From NCBI GenBank assembly GCA_963827655.1, contig CAWHCF010000023.1, positions 256,001 to 320,000 on the forward strand: a stretch of DNA of 64,000 nt, in the 5' to 3' direction. How positions within the stretch are numbered: the stretch's first letter is position 1; every line of letters begins with the position of its first letter. Positions 41,128 to 52,383 of this stretch are shown here, one piece after another. The notes below the pieces were generated by a model. That model saw nothing but the letters and a program-made list of their open reading frames with translations. It was not told the origin of the DNA and made no database searches. Position numbers and translations under genes: made by a program. This DNA comes from an uncultured Acidobacteriota bacterium. Its GTDB lineage: Bacteria > Acidobacteriota > UBA6911.

Positions 41128-42384
41128 CTAGTCGATCGGGCCGGCCAGCGCGATTGCGAGGAGCAGCGCACGCTGCGTTCCCTGCCAGGAATTGGTCGTG
41201 TCGAACGATTCGCCAGGTGAATGTGCCCCCTTCCCTGTTCCGCCGCCGCCGATCGTGAGAGCCGGGATGCCGAGACCCATGGGAACGTTCGAGTCCGTGG
41301 AGCCTTCGCGCAGCGCGACGGGGAATCCGAGCGCCTTCTGAACCGAGAGCGCCGCCCGTACTATGGGCGAATTCTCCGGAGTGCTTCCGGGCGGTCTGTA
41401 TCCGACCAGGTCTTTTGCGGCCACAAGCCGGCCCTGGTTCCCCCAGCGCTCGTTCTCCTCTCTGAGCGAACGATCGACCGCCTGATGAAATCTCTCGTCG
41501 ATCGAGCGCAGCGAGGCTGTATCGGCAGAGCGCATGTCCATCTCCATCCACGACTCGAACGGGATCGAGTTGACCGACGTTCCGCCGCCAATGCGCCCGA
41601 CGTTGAACGTGGTCCTGGGCTCGTCGGAAACCTGGAACTCAGAGATGAGCGCGATCGCGCGGCCCAGAGCATGGATCGGATTGGCTAGCCCGAAGGCGCC
41701 GTAGCTGTGACCGCCGGGACCCTTGAAGGTGACCCGGTAACGATAACTCCCCACACCGACGTTGGTAATGCCGAGGCCCGTGCCGTCGACGGAAATGAAC
41801 CGATCGATCTTACCTTTGAGGCTCTCGTTGAAGAGATGCTTCACGCCGCGCAGATCCCCGAGTCCTTCCTCGCCCACGGTGCCCACGAATGTGATCGATC
41901 CTTCGGTCTGGATGCGGTGGCGGTTCAACGCGCCGATGACGCCGATGACCACGGCAAGCCCGCGGCAGTCATCGCCGATTCCCGGCCCTTTGATGAGAGC
42001 GCCGTCGCGCGAGGTTCTCACCACGGTCCCCTCGGGAAAGACGGTATCCAGATGGGCGCTGAAGACCAGGTGCGGACGAGCCGACCGGCCGGCTCTCTCA
42101 CCGAGAACGTTGCCAACCTTGTCGATCCGCACATTCCGCAATCCGAGTTCCTCGAATCGGCGTTTGTAGGCTTCGGCGCGCTGACCCTCCTTAAAAGGAG
42201 GCGCGGGTATTTCGCAAAGACGGATCTGCTCTTCCAGCAGCTCTGCTTCGCTCTGCTTCACCGCGTCGAGGGCCGCGCGCACCGCCGGGTCTCGGACCAG
42301 GCGCGGCCCGATCCCTGCCTCCTGGACTGATCCAGGCCGCACGGATCCGAACAGGATGGCGATGATCATAAGACACTGTCTCAT
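41128..42384 (-). CDS. M20/M25/M40 family metallopeptidase, secreted
   Basis: SAHLDTVF, GIGDD, GEEGLGDLRG, GGTSVN, STDSN and AHS motifs. Confidence 0.9.
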   Translation of the reverse strand: MRQCLMIIAILFGSVRPGSVQEAGIGPRLVRDPAVRAALDAVKQSEAELLEEQIRLCEIPAPPFKEGQRAEAYKRRFEELGLRNVRIDKVGNVLGERAGRSARPHLVFSAHLDTVFPEGTVVRTSRDGALIKGPGIGDDCRGLAVVIGVIGALNRHRIQTEGSITFVGTVGEEGLGDLRGVKHLFNESLKGKIDRFISVDGTGLGITNVGVGSYRYRVTFKGPGGHSYGAFGLANPIHALGRAIALISEFQVSDEPRTTFNVGRIGGGTSVNSIPFESWMEMDMRSADTASLRSIDERFHQAVDRSLREENERWGNQGRLVAAKDLVGYRPPGSTPENSPIVRAALSVQKALGFPVALREGSTDSNVPMGLGIPALTIGGGGTGKGAHSPGESFDTTNSWQGTQRALLLAIALAGPID

Positions 42385-42509
42385 TCTGGCCTCCTTGAAG
42401 TGTCAGGGCCTTGGAATTCATTTTTGTTGACGCCGCCAGGAGGTCTGGGAGATCGTCAGAAAAATGAATTTTTAAGGCCTGACACAAATTTTGGTGATAA
42501 GGATCCGAT

Positions 42510-44069
42510 ATGCGATTAATTCTGGCAATTCTTGTGCTCGCCCTCAGCGTTGCAGCTCTGGGCCAGCCGGTCCGGCCGCGCATCGCCGTCGCCGGAATCT
42601 CTCACGAGTCAAACTCGTTCAATCCTGCCAAGACCGGTCCTGCTGAATTCAGGCGGGTCAGCTTCCCCCCGGGCGAAAAAGCCTTGAAAGAGCTCGCCCA
42701 GAGAAACGACATGCTGGCCGGATACGCCGAAGGAGCGCTGCGCCATGGACTCGATCTCTATCCGACCGTGATTGCAAGCGCCACTCCCAAGGGACCGGTA
42801 ACCGACCAGGCGTTCAACGCCCTGATGGCCGAGATACTCGAACAGCTCAAGAAGGCTCCGAAGCTCGATGGCCTCTTGCTCGAGAATCACGGAGCCATGG
42901 TAGTCGAAAGTTATCCGCAGGGCGACGCCGAGATGGTGCGACGCCTCCGCGAGGCTCTCGGCCCTGCCTTCCCCATCGTCGTCACCCACGATTTCCATGC
43001 CAACGTTTCGCCCGAGATTGTGCGGGACTCGACGGTGCTGATCACCTACAAGGAAAACCCGCACATCGACACCAAAGAGCGCGGGATCCAGGCGGCGCGA
43101 ATCATGGCTGGAATCGTCAGTGGCAAGGTCAAGCCGGTGCAGGTGGTCGCCAGGCCCGAGATGCTCTACAACATCGTTTATCAATACACCAGGCGCGAGC
43201 CGCTTCTTCCAATCGTCCAGGAGAGCAGGCGGCTTGAGCAGGACCCCAAGATCCTCGCCGTGAGCGTTTCCGCAGGCTATCAGTATGCCGACTCGCCGGC
43301 AATGGGGGCGAGCGTGACGGTTGTCACCGACAACGACCAGGCTCTGGCTCGGCGCGAGGCCGACCGCCTGGCGCAGATGTTGTGGAACACGCGCGACAAG
43401 CTGGCGCTCAACCTGCCCGATCCGGCCGAGGCGGTTCGGCAGGCGATGGGCGCGGAGAAGTTTCCGGTTGCCCTGATGGACATGGGAGACAACATCGGTG
43501 GGGGTTCCGCAGGCGACAGCACCTTCATCCTGGGCGAATTATTGCGGCAGAAGGCTCAAGGGTGGGTCGTGGCCATCGCCGACCGGGAAGCCGTCCAGGC
43601 GGCCATGCGAAGCGGGATCGGCGGAGTGTTTGAACAGGCGGTCGGCGGAAAAACCGACCGCCTTCACGGGGAGCCGGTGCGCGTCCGGGGACGAGTCAAG
43701 TCGCTGCACGACGGCAAATTCATCGAAACCGAGGTGCGCCACGGCGGCGGACGCTACCACGACCAGGGATTCACAGCCGTGATCGAAGTCGAAGGCTCGA
43801 CGCCCGATCTCGCCAACCTTCTGATGCTGACAAGTGAGCGCGGCAGCCCCAACAGCCTTCACCAGCTGATCAGTTGCGGGATCTATCCCGAGAGGCAGAG
43901 AATCCTGGTGGCGAAGGGCGCCATCGCTCCGCGCGCCGCCTACGAACCGATCGCGGCGCGAATCATCGAGGTTGATTCGCCCGGGTCAACCGCCGTTAAT
44001 CCTGCGCGCTTCACTTACACCCGCGTGCGCCGCCCCTTGTTCGGCCTCGATCCCTCCCCGAAACGGTGA
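42510..44069 (+). CDS. MlrC-like M81 metallopeptidase
   Basis: HESNSF, HGAM, DFHANVS, PHID and DNIGGG motifs; signal peptide. Confidence 0.9.
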   Translation: MRLILAILVLALSVAALGQPVRPRIAVAGISHESNSFNPAKTGPAEFRRVSFPPGEKALKELAQRNDMLAGYAEGALRHGLDLYPTVIASATPKGPVTDQAFNALMAEILEQLKKAPKLDGLLLENHGAMVVESYPQGDAEMVRRLREALGPAFPIVVTHDFHANVSPEIVRDSTVLITYKENPHIDTKERGIQAARIMAGIVSGKVKPVQVVARPEMLYNIVYQYTRREPLLPIVQESRRLEQDPKILAVSVSAGYQYADSPAMGASVTVVTDNDQALARREADRLAQMLWNTRDKLALNLPDPAEAVRQAMGAEKFPVALMDMGDNIGGGSAGDSTFILGELLRQKAQGWVVAIADREAVQAAMRSGIGGVFEQAVGGKTDRLHGEPVRVRGRVKSLHDGKFIETEVRHGGGRYHDQGFTAVIEVEGSTPDLANLLMLTSERGSPNSLHQLISCGIYPERQRILVAKGAIAPRAAYEPIAARIIEVDSPGSTAVNPARFTYTRVRRPLFGLDPSPKR

Positions 44070-44246
44070 GGACTCTGAAAAACCTCCAGGATCGCTAAGG
44101 GCGACGATAGTCTTCGATGCGCCGACAGAGACCAGCCCGGCCGTACGGCGCCGTCGCACAGGGTACCTAACAGATTCTGAGCCAGGACTACCAGAGACTC
44201 TGAGTTCTGATACTGCTCAATGCGCTAGCGTATTTAGAACCGCCGA

Positions 44247-45524
44247 CTAAGTTCCTGCACTCGACTGAACCATTGAACTTGACGATTCAGCGGCTGGAGC
44301 GAAAGACCCCGTCAGCCGGTTCAGAGCACCGAGGACGCGGTCATGAGCGCCCTTCACATCCACGAACGGCCCATACAGCGAAACATTGGCCGTTGTCAGC
44401 CCCACGATGATTTGCATTTCCTGCCGCGGTGAAAGCGACAATAGTTCCTGCGCCGCCGCCTGTCCGGAAGGGCTCAGGCCAACGGCATTCAGGTCGGTAC
44501 GCCGGTCTGCAAAGAAACTCGTATATTTGCGTCCGTGTTTGTAGTTGCTGAGCGTCCAGGATATCCCGTCAGGACTGCCCGTCAGCCGCAGGTCGCTGCC
44601 TCGCCAAGATCCTGTGATCGTGGCCCCAGCGGCCGAAGAGATGAGCTTGCCGCCCTCGATGGCTTGCGTCAGCTCTGAAAGGCTCTGCGCCAGTTGCGGA
44701 GGCAGCCGACGCCGGCGTTGCTGGAAGTTCTCCAGTATCGCGCGGCACGCATCCCTTACGAAGACGCCGATGTTCGAACCATTGACGAAGTTACCACTGA
44801 TCGAAAGTGTTGGATCAAGCGAGGTAACCTGGTGGAGCCAGCCACTGGGCATGAAGACCAGCTCGCCCGGGTAAAGTACAAACTCAATGGGTGACGCGTC
44901 CTTGAACCGGGGAAAGTTCTCCAGATCCGGATCCACAATGTTCACGAATGACGGAGCGCCCGGCTCGCAGTTCTTGTTGTACAAGAGCGAATACTGGTCG
45001 GGTGGAAAGATCGTCCACCTCTTTCGCCCCGCGATCTGAGCCAGCCAGGCATGTGTGCGATGCCTGTCCCTATGGACATAAGTGGTCGCTCCGGCCGGGC
45101 CCACCAAAACAACGATGTCATGATAGGGGACGCTGGGACGGAACGTCTTCTTGAAGGGCCGCTCCCAATTGTCAAACCACTCGGGCACTTCGATATCCCG
45201 GTTGAGTTCGGGATGAAGATCCAGCGCCACCCAGTCCTGTATGTAGGGTGTTGCGCCCGAGTACTTGTAGGTGTCTCCCAGGTCCATTCGGAGAATCAAG
45301 TCGATACAATGCGCCAGCGGCAACTGTGCCAGCGCCCGGAAGCGACCGTCGCTCAGCGTGACAACGTCAGAACCGTAGCGTTCCTTAAGGAAATCGAACG
45401 ACCACAGGGTCGACGCCTTCCAGGACTTCATCATGTCGGTGGCGATCATCGGTGTGCTCTTGCGGATGCACTCTTTGATGTCCTGGCTGGAAAGATTCTT
45501 GATTCGAGCAACAGTGGTAGCCAT
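44247..45524 (-). CDS. JmjC/cupin-like 2OG-Fe(II) oxygenase with an unknown C-terminal domain
   Basis: WSFDFLK, HRD, AQIAGRKRW and PGELVFMPSGWLHQV motifs. Confidence 0.85.
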   Translation of the reverse strand: MATTVARIKNLSSQDIKECIRKSTPMIATDMMKSWKASTLWSFDFLKERYGSDVVTLSDGRFRALAQLPLAHCIDLILRMDLGDTYKYSGATPYIQDWVALDLHPELNRDIEVPEWFDNWERPFKKTFRPSVPYHDIVVLVGPAGATTYVHRDRHRTHAWLAQIAGRKRWTIFPPDQYSLLYNKNCEPGAPSFVNIVDPDLENFPRFKDASPIEFVLYPGELVFMPSGWLHQVTSLDPTLSISGNFVNGSNIGVFVRDACRAILENFQQRRRRLPPQLAQSLSELTQAIEGGKLISSAAGATITGSWRGSDLRLTGSPDGISWTLSNYKHGRKYTSFFADRRTDLNAVGLSPSGQAAAQELLSLSPRQEMQIIVGLTTANVSLYGPFVDVKGAHDRVLGALNRLTGSFAPAAESSSSMVQSSAGT

Positions 45525-45954
45525 AGATCGTTCCTCTCACCTCACGGGCGTCCCGGGCGTGTGGGTAAGTTGAGGGTGGCCTTCGAGAGAGCCGAGTTCG
45601 CCAAGAGGGAGAACCGCGCGAACACGAATCCAATCCCGGACCGATCGTCGATCGCCTGTCCGGTAAAACGTGTCGTGCATCTAAACACCAGGGCGCCTCC
45701 GGCCGGGATCAGCATCCCATAGCACACGAGCAGGCCTTACTTTCGATGCGTGGAGGATGGGCGAAAACGCCCGCGCACTAGTGTTTCTATCGCGGGTGGC
45801 ATCGCGGGAGCAAGCGAAATTCTGCAGCAGCTGGTTGCGTGGGGCGATCTCGGGACGCGAAGAGCCTGACGTCTGAATCAAGATGACGCAGCCGGGCGCC
45901 GGCATCCTTTCTCCGGCTTCACAGATCGACAACGCCGTCGCTGGTGACGGAATT

Positions 45955-47476
45955 CTACAGGGCGAGGGACGGCCGCCGGGTTTTCGCAATCCGGGTCGCC
46001 TGCTCGAACGCGTGCGCCAGCTTGAGGACGTCCAGGTCGCGATGGTGGCGGCCGACGATCTGCAGGCCAATGGGGAGTCCGCTGGGAGTGAAACCGCAAG
46101 GCACCGAGATAGCAGGCAAGCCGGTCAGCGTGATGACGTAGCACGTGGCCATCCAGTCGATATAGGTAGCTCATCTTCACGCCGTTGATGTCCTTGACCC
46201 ACTCCACGTCCACCGGGAACGGCGCCACCTGGGACACGGGCAACACGAGAAACTCGTAGCGCTCGAGGAACTGGCGGACGCGATGGTACAGCGCCGCGCG
46301 CCTTTCCTCCGCCCGCGCGACGTCGGCGCCCGACAGCTTCATTCCAAGCTCGATGTTCCAGATGACGGTGTCCTTGATCAGATCGCGATGCCGCCGGTAG
46401 TCCGCGCCCCGTTCGTGCGCGAACGACCAGGCCCGCAGAGTCTGGAACGCCTCGTCCGCATCGCGGACGTCCGGTTCTGCATCTTCCACGATGCAGCCAA
46501 GGTCCGAAAACACAGGGCGTGCCTGGTCGCACACCTCGTTGACAACCGGCTGGACTGGGTACCGTCCGAGATTTCGGCTCCACGCGATGCGCGCGCCCTT
46601 GAAATCGCGCCCGAGCAAACCACGAAATAGCGAGCCGGGCTCATCGATCGCGTTCGGCGTTCGTGGATCCGGGCCGGCTAAAACTGAGAGCAGCAGCGCC
46701 ACGTCGCGGACCGAGCGCGCAATTGGACCGTCGACCGACATCGAACTCCAGGGCTGCGACCGCGGCCAAGTCGGCACCCGGCCGATCGAAGGACGAAGTC
46801 CGACCACGCCGCAGAAGCTCGGTGGATTTCTGAGGGATCCGCCGAGATCGCTGCCGTCGGCCAGCGGCGTCATCCCGCAGGCGACTGACACGGCCGCGCC
46901 GCCGCTGCTGCCGCCGCATGTCTTGGTGGAATCGTATGGATTCCTCGTCGGTCCAAATACCGGATTGAAGGTCTGAGATCCGGCGCCGAACTCGGGCGTA
47001 TTCGTCTTGCCAATGATGATGGCGCCGGCAGCCTTGAGCCGCTCCACCAGCAACGAGTCTTCGGCAGGGATGTTGTCCTTGTAGATGGGCGAGCCGTAAG
47101 TGGTCCGAATCCCGGCCGTCGGCACCAGGTCCTTCACCGCATGCGGGAAGCCATGAAGCGGCCCGATGGCGCCTTTTTTTGCGAGTCTCTCGTCGGCGCC
47201 CCGCGCCTGGTCCAGCAGTTGGTCTTCGTCAAGCAGCGTGCAGATGGCATTGACTTTCGGATTGATCCGTTTCACCTGCGAGAGACACGCCGTCATAACC
47301 TCCACAGCCGACAGCGTCCGCGATCGGATCAGTCGAGCCAGTTCCACGGCGTCGATGAAACCGATCTCGTCCCGCGGCGGGCGACGTGTCGGCCCGCGGG
47401 TTCGTTTCAATGGACTCTGGGCGCTGGTAACCATAGTTGTCGAAACTGCGAACGAAAGAAACTCACGTCGGTTCAT
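45955..47476 (-). CDS. Amidase-signature family enzyme with Tat signal (frameshift near 46168)
   Basis: NRREFL; GPLHG.P.AVKD, GKTNTPEFG, GGSSGG and GSDLGGSLR. The C-terminal GLPIGLQIVG is in a second frame. Confidence 0.9.
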
Positions 47477-47595
47477 CCATGAGACCCGTGGGTGTTTTTA
47501 TCGCGAAGGCGCCACCGGAACAAGCGCTTTCACGAAGTGCAGGTCAGCTCGATATGTTCGCACCCCCAAACCAAAGGCCGCGTCCAGCCAAACGT

Positions 47596-48219
47596 TCAAG
47601 GCTTGACACGAAAGAGCCCTGCGCGATTCACGTAGAGCATTCCGGCCTTGTAGGAACGCCGGTCGACCGGGGATAAGGACGCGGCCGTTCGGCGTGTGAT
47701 AACGCGAAATTTTCGCTGTCGATCGAGCCGGAGCGCAATCAGGTCCATGGGTTCGTCCCGGACCATCCAGTTCAGGCGATCAAAGGCCGCCAGATTGAGC
47801 GGCAGGGTATAGGCGCGCAGCGTCTTCTCCCTCAAGACATTATGGTACTGTTCGAAGTAAGACATCACGAGCTCGCGCAGCGTGCGGTACACGGGTTCGC
47901 GGAATCGCAGCCCGACATAATTCGATTTCGCGACGGCGCCCCAACATCCGTTCCGGCGGAAGAGAGCAAGGATGTGGTCATCGTCGCGCTCGTTCGGCAA
48001 CATGTCGAGCACCAGAGGCGGGTATCCGACGCGGCGCAGTGCCGCTGCCGCAAAAATAGCCCCGTCGAAACAATGAGCCATCCGATCACGCATTACACTT
48101 CTGGGAGAACGGTAACGTTCCTCGGGACTGTACAGCAATCGATCCAGATAATCCTGGATCTTGGAGGGCGTCTCGAGCCGCGACAGGATCCGGAGTTCTC
48201 TTCGGGTAAGTGTTTCCAT
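47596..48219 (-). CDS. Conserved hypothetical protein, transglutaminase-like Cys/His motifs
   Basis: AHCFDGA.FAAA, DDDHILALF and WGAVAKSN motifs. Confidence 0.65.
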   Translation of the reverse strand: METLTRRELRILSRLETPSKIQDYLDRLLYSPEERYRSPRSVMRDRMAHCFDGAIFAAAALRRVGYPPLVLDMLPNERDDDHILALFRRNGCWGAVAKSNYVGLRFREPVYRTLRELVMSYFEQYHNVLREKTLRAYTLPLNLAAFDRLNWMVRDEPMDLIALRLDRQRKFRVITRRTAASLSPVDRRSYKAGMLYVNRAGLFRVKP

Positions 48220-48428
48220 GAGGCGCCATTGAAACACACCGCGGCTCGTGGCCGCAACCAAACGCGGCCACCCGGCCGCGGTGCTATCAGCCGTCAGCTT
48301 CTGAACAAGAGAGGCGCTGTTCCCAAAGTTCGGAGAACAGCGACGAATCGCGCGAGTTTCAACCAACTGGGCTGATTTCCGTTTGCATTCATTCCTGCCG
48401 AACTTTAGGATCCATTATGGATCGACCA

Positions 48429-49352
48429 ATGCGTCAAAATCGAAGGACGTTTCTCACGCATGCCGGAACGGGCCTGGGCGTGGCCGCAGCGGCTTCCGTC
48501 CCCCATCCTTACTCGGCTGCCGCGCAGCGGGGCGCAGTAGCCGGCAAGGGCCTTCCGAAGAACTGGCGCACGATGCGCAAGATCGACGTCCATAATCACG
48601 TGTGGGGCGCCGTGCACCGGCCCGACGCCAGTTGGGCGCAAGTCGAAGATCTCATAGAAGCGGCTGCGAACCTCGGCATCAACCAGATCCTTTGCTCGTC
48701 TCCGATCACCGGGGGCGCCATGGCAAGTATCGAAGCCGTCCGCGAAGTGAACGATGCGGTGCTGGCCGCCATGAAACGCTACCCCGACACCATCATGGGC
48801 TACTGTTTTGTGCAACCGGGAAACGGGCAGGCCGCTTTGGACGAAATCGAACGATGCCTGGCCGCTGGCATGATTGGCGTCAAACTCTACAACCAGTTCA
48901 AATACTCGGACCCGGCGGTCTTTCCGATAGCTGAAAGATGCATTCACCACCGGATTCTCTTTCTCGGCCATTCCGCCCATCTCACGGACCCGAAGTCGCT
49001 GGCCCTGCAGCCAAAAACCTCCGATTCGCTCGATTTTTGCGTACTCTCCAGGCGCTATCCCGAACTATTGCTGATCCTCGGCCACATCAACGGCGGCGGA
49101 GATTGGGAATGGGCCGTCAAGGGGCTAAGCGACTGCCCCGGTGTCTATCTAGACATCAGCGGTAGCGGGCTCGACGACCGCACAATCGAAACCTGCGTGA
49201 AGGAGCTTGGTCATAAGCGGGTGCTGTTTGGCACCGATTCGACCATGGAGGGCTCAGTCGGCAAGGTTCTATCGGCCAGTCTCACTACGGAACAGCGCGC
49301 GGACATTTTTTGGCGCAATACCCAGAGTCTTCTGGCCCGGAGGAAGCAGTGA
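48429..49352 (+). CDS. Amidohydrolase_2 family protein with Tat signal
   Basis: NRRTFL; IDVHNH, LGH, YLDISG and LFGTD motifs. Confidence 0.85.
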   Translation: MRQNRRTFLTHAGTGLGVAAAASVPHPYSAAAQRGAVAGKGLPKNWRTMRKIDVHNHVWGAVHRPDASWAQVEDLIEAAANLGINQILCSSPITGGAMASIEAVREVNDAVLAAMKRYPDTIMGYCFVQPGNGQAALDEIERCLAAGMIGVKLYNQFKYSDPAVFPIAERCIHHRILFLGHSAHLTDPKSLALQPKTSDSLDFCVLSRRYPELLLILGHINGGGDWEWAVKGLSDCPGVYLDISGSGLDDRTIETCVKELGHKRVLFGTDSTMEGSVGKVLSASLTTEQRADIFWRNTQSLLARRKQ

Positions 49353-50173
49353 TTATCGATGTCAATGCCTACCTCGGCCACTATCCATTCATGCAACTCC
49401 GTCATAATACCGCGGAGAAAATGATTGCGTTGATGGACCGCAACGGTGTCGATCTGGCGGTAGTTTCTTCGCTTCACTCCGTCTTCTATCGCGACGTCCA
49501 CCGGGGAAATGAAGAGTTAAAGGAAGAGATCAAAAACCACCGCGCCCGTTTCCTGCCCATTGCCACCGTCAATCCCAAGTATGTCGGGTGGCAGCGCGAT
49601 CTGGAAGAAGCCGTAGAAAAATGGAAGATGAAGGCTGTGACACTCGTGCCCGAGCATCATGGTTACAGCCTGATTGACGAACATGGCCGTGCCGCGCTGA
49701 AGAAAATCGCCGGTTACGGGCTGCCGCTGGTCTTGACGCAGCGGTTCGAGGACCGCCGGCAGCGCCACGAGTGGGACCGCGCCGAGGACCTGAATTTTGC
49801 CACGGTGGCGGAAGTTGCCCGGACCCATCCGGACTTGAAGGTGCTTTTTGTCAATTGGATTGGTTTGGACGGGAAGCAACTTGTCGACGCTGGATTGAAA
49901 GGGCGGTGCCTGATCGATTTTGCCCGGCTCGACGTCGTCCTGGGTAAAGCCGTGCCGAAGCTGATCGAAACCATTGGCCTGGAAGCGATCGCTTTCGGCT
50001 CGCACATGCCGTTTAACTACGTCAGCCCTTCCCTGGTGAAGCTCGCCAACCTGGAAACGTCCGGCGCCGACCACGAACAAATCGCCTGGCGAAACGCGGC
50101 GCGTTTTCTTAAAATCGAGCGCGATCCCGGGGCAAAGTCAGTGGCATTACTCACCACAACTCAGCGCAACTGA
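49349..50173 (+). CDS. Amidohydrolase_2-like protein
   Basis: GTGA overlap start; IIDVNAYLG..P, FGSH.P and NAARFL motifs. Confidence 0.8.
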   Translation: MIIDVNAYLGHYPFMQLRHNTAEKMIALMDRNGVDLAVVSSLHSVFYRDVHRGNEELKEEIKNHRARFLPIATVNPKYVGWQRDLEEAVEKWKMKAVTLVPEHHGYSLIDEHGRAALKKIAGYGLPLVLTQRFEDRRQRHEWDRAEDLNFATVAEVARTHPDLKVLFVNWIGLDGKQLVDAGLKGRCLIDFARLDVVLGKAVPKLIETIGLEAIAFGSHMPFNYVSPSLVKLANLETSGADHEQIAWRNAARFLKIERDPGAKSVALLTTTQRN

Positions 50174-50590
50174 GACGAACCAACATACGTGACACCCACG
50201 CCAGTCATGGGATCTCGCAGTTGGTGTTGGGGACTTCCTTCTGACAGAATTGCTCGTTATCGATTTAGAGCCTGAGGTTGGCGCAGGAAAACTTGTGTGA
50301 ATCGAAAGATGACACCCTTCAGGAATCCGCTTCGCTAATAATCGCCTGTCTTCATTTTTTCCAAGCTTAGTGATATCAACCGTCCACTCGCTAAAGCTCC
50401 GGTCGGGCCGATGGCCCGGCAGTGAATAGCCCCGCCCGTGTGTCGATTCTCGCGACCTTTACGACCGGGGCCTGGAGATTGGCCATTTCGTGGGCAGGAA
50501 AGCAAGCTTGAGCACTCCAAAACGCGTCCGTGGAGTGCGGTAAGTTTGGCGAGCTTGCTCCGCCCAGTCCCCGCGAATTGGGCTCTCGCC

Positions 50591-52342
50591 TCAAATCGAA
50601 AGATATGCTTCTGTACGATCGACCTGCGGGCTGGCCTCTACGATGCGGAATCGATCCGGAGCTCCGGCCCGCGTGTACGTCTGCTGCGTCCACTCATACG
50701 CCGCGCGCGCCACGGCCGGCTCGACCGGCCGTTTCATGGCATCGACCGGAGCCATCAAGACCAGGGGGCGATCCGATACAGCGGCGGCCACCTGCGGCAG
50801 GTCGAAATGCTTGAGCACGTCGCGAATAAAGATGTTGGCTCCGTGGAGGTAACGGTCTGCCTGGGTGAGAGCGCGGTAGGACACGAGGCCGTTCTCGCAC
50901 ACCACGCCTCGAATGCGAGGATCCAGGGCGGCTGCGTACAGCACCCAGAGCGCGCCCATGCCCTTGCCGATGACCCGAACGCCGGCAGAGCCGGTATCCC
51001 GCCGGCTCAAGACGTAATCGACGCTGCGTAATACGTCCTGCTTCCGACAATCTCAAGGTCGATCGGCAAGCCCTCCCAGCCGTTGAGATGCAGCATAGTA
51101 TCGGAACCAAAAGCTTCCAATGCCGATCGATCACGACGCGTCCGCCGTTGGACCGCCCAGGCAATTTCGGCACAGCTTATAGGTGAATAGCAGATCTCAG
51201 ACTCCGCGTTTTCGAGGATAGATTTCGCTTGTTTTGAAAGTCGCACGCGGCGCTGAAATGGCCTTTCTTCCGGATTATAGAAAAGATCGTTTCTCCCTGT
51301 CCGCAATACCGGAGGGACCCGTTCGGCGTGCAGTACAAGTTCTCCGGGGGCTCGGCCTCGAACTCGGGTTCGCGCTCCGGTCCACGCCGGCCATAGAACC
51401 AGCGGCAATAATAGTCGGTGGTGGCAAGGAGCAGCTTCACTGTCCAGGCGTGAGGATCCGTCGCCTCTTCGGTAGCGAACTTCTCGGATGCGCCCAGCTG
51501 TTGGTAGCGCGTGCGGATGTGTTCGCGGCCAAGTTGAACTGCGGCGAGTAGTCTTCGATCAGAGCCAGGAGCGGCCGTGGCGCGATAGCCACGTGCAGGT
51601 CGCAAAGATCGATCCCGTGAATGGCCGCCGGGAAGAGATTCTGTTCCACGTCGGCTGGACCAACACGGCTTTCCGCGGAGCTTGAGCGGCCAGCGATGAC
51701 TTGTTCCTCCCTGGTTGACGACGGCGCAGCCGACGCGCTCATCCAAGGCGCTGATGAACAGGGTTCGGTGTGGCCGGTCTCGGGGTTCCAGTAGTGCCGC
51801 CGCTCACCTTGACCTATCGGATCGAACGCCAGCACCACGAAGCCGCTTTTGACCAGACCCAGGTATGCGAACTGATAGTCCGGCTGCATGCGTGCCAGGG
51901 GATAGTGCCCGCAGGGAGAAATGATCCCTGGGAAGGGTCCCTTGCCGGAAGTGGGAACATAAAGATTTCCGGTCACCCAGAAGTTGGGCCGGCTCTGAAA
52001 CATGACGTTTTCTACTCGGTAGCCGTCCCGTTCCAGGACCTTTACGATTCTGGGGTCGAGCGGATTCTTCTCGGGATACTCGTGAATCATGGCGCGCACT
52101 CTTTGCCGGACAAAGCGATTGCGCGCCTCGAGATCAGCGGTCGTTCTGATCCTGGCGCGCTCCTGATCCCACTTCTCGAACCAGGAATTCAAACCCTGGG
52201 CAAGGTGCGCCAGCAGCATATCCTGCAGGTCTTGCGCGTACGAGAGCCCGCGGTCTGCAGCCGCTGCGAGTGGAACCAGGTTCCACCCGAGACCCAGCGC
52301 GCCGGTGCGCGCCACAAATTCACGCCGGTTCAGTTTTCTCAT
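50591..52342 (-). pseudogene. Tat-exported acetylxylan-esterase-like alpha/beta hydrolase, internally deleted and interrupted
   Basis: NRREFV; FQSRP..VTGNLYVP, PCGH, DPIGQGER; ALDERV; IAPRPLL; C-terminal LYAAALDPRI. The GxSGG segment is missing near 51760 and foreign sequence occupies 51041-51243. Confidence 0.7.
51041..51243 (-). pseudogene. Internal fragment of a VapC/PIN-domain toxin
   Basis: RLSKQAKSILENAESEICYSPISCAEIAW, then GRVVIDRHWK.WFRYY..LNGWEGLPIDLEI across small frameshifts. Confidence 0.6.
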
Positions 52343-52383
52343 AGTCTCACCTATGCGTCCAGATACCTTGCGGCGTCCTTTTT

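Noticed and set aside
42510-44069. Microcystin degradation cluster
   Set aside because: MlrC-like peptidases are widespread, and no mlrA or mlrD is adjacent.
45525-45950. RiPP precursor peptide upstream of the JmjC gene
   Set aside because: No short ORF with a convincing RBS or leader/core pattern, and no transporter or maturase adjacent.
50174-50590. Possible ncRNA/riboswitch in an AT-richer intergenic region
   Set aside because: No recognisable Rfam-like motif; only a degenerate REP-like palindrome is visible.
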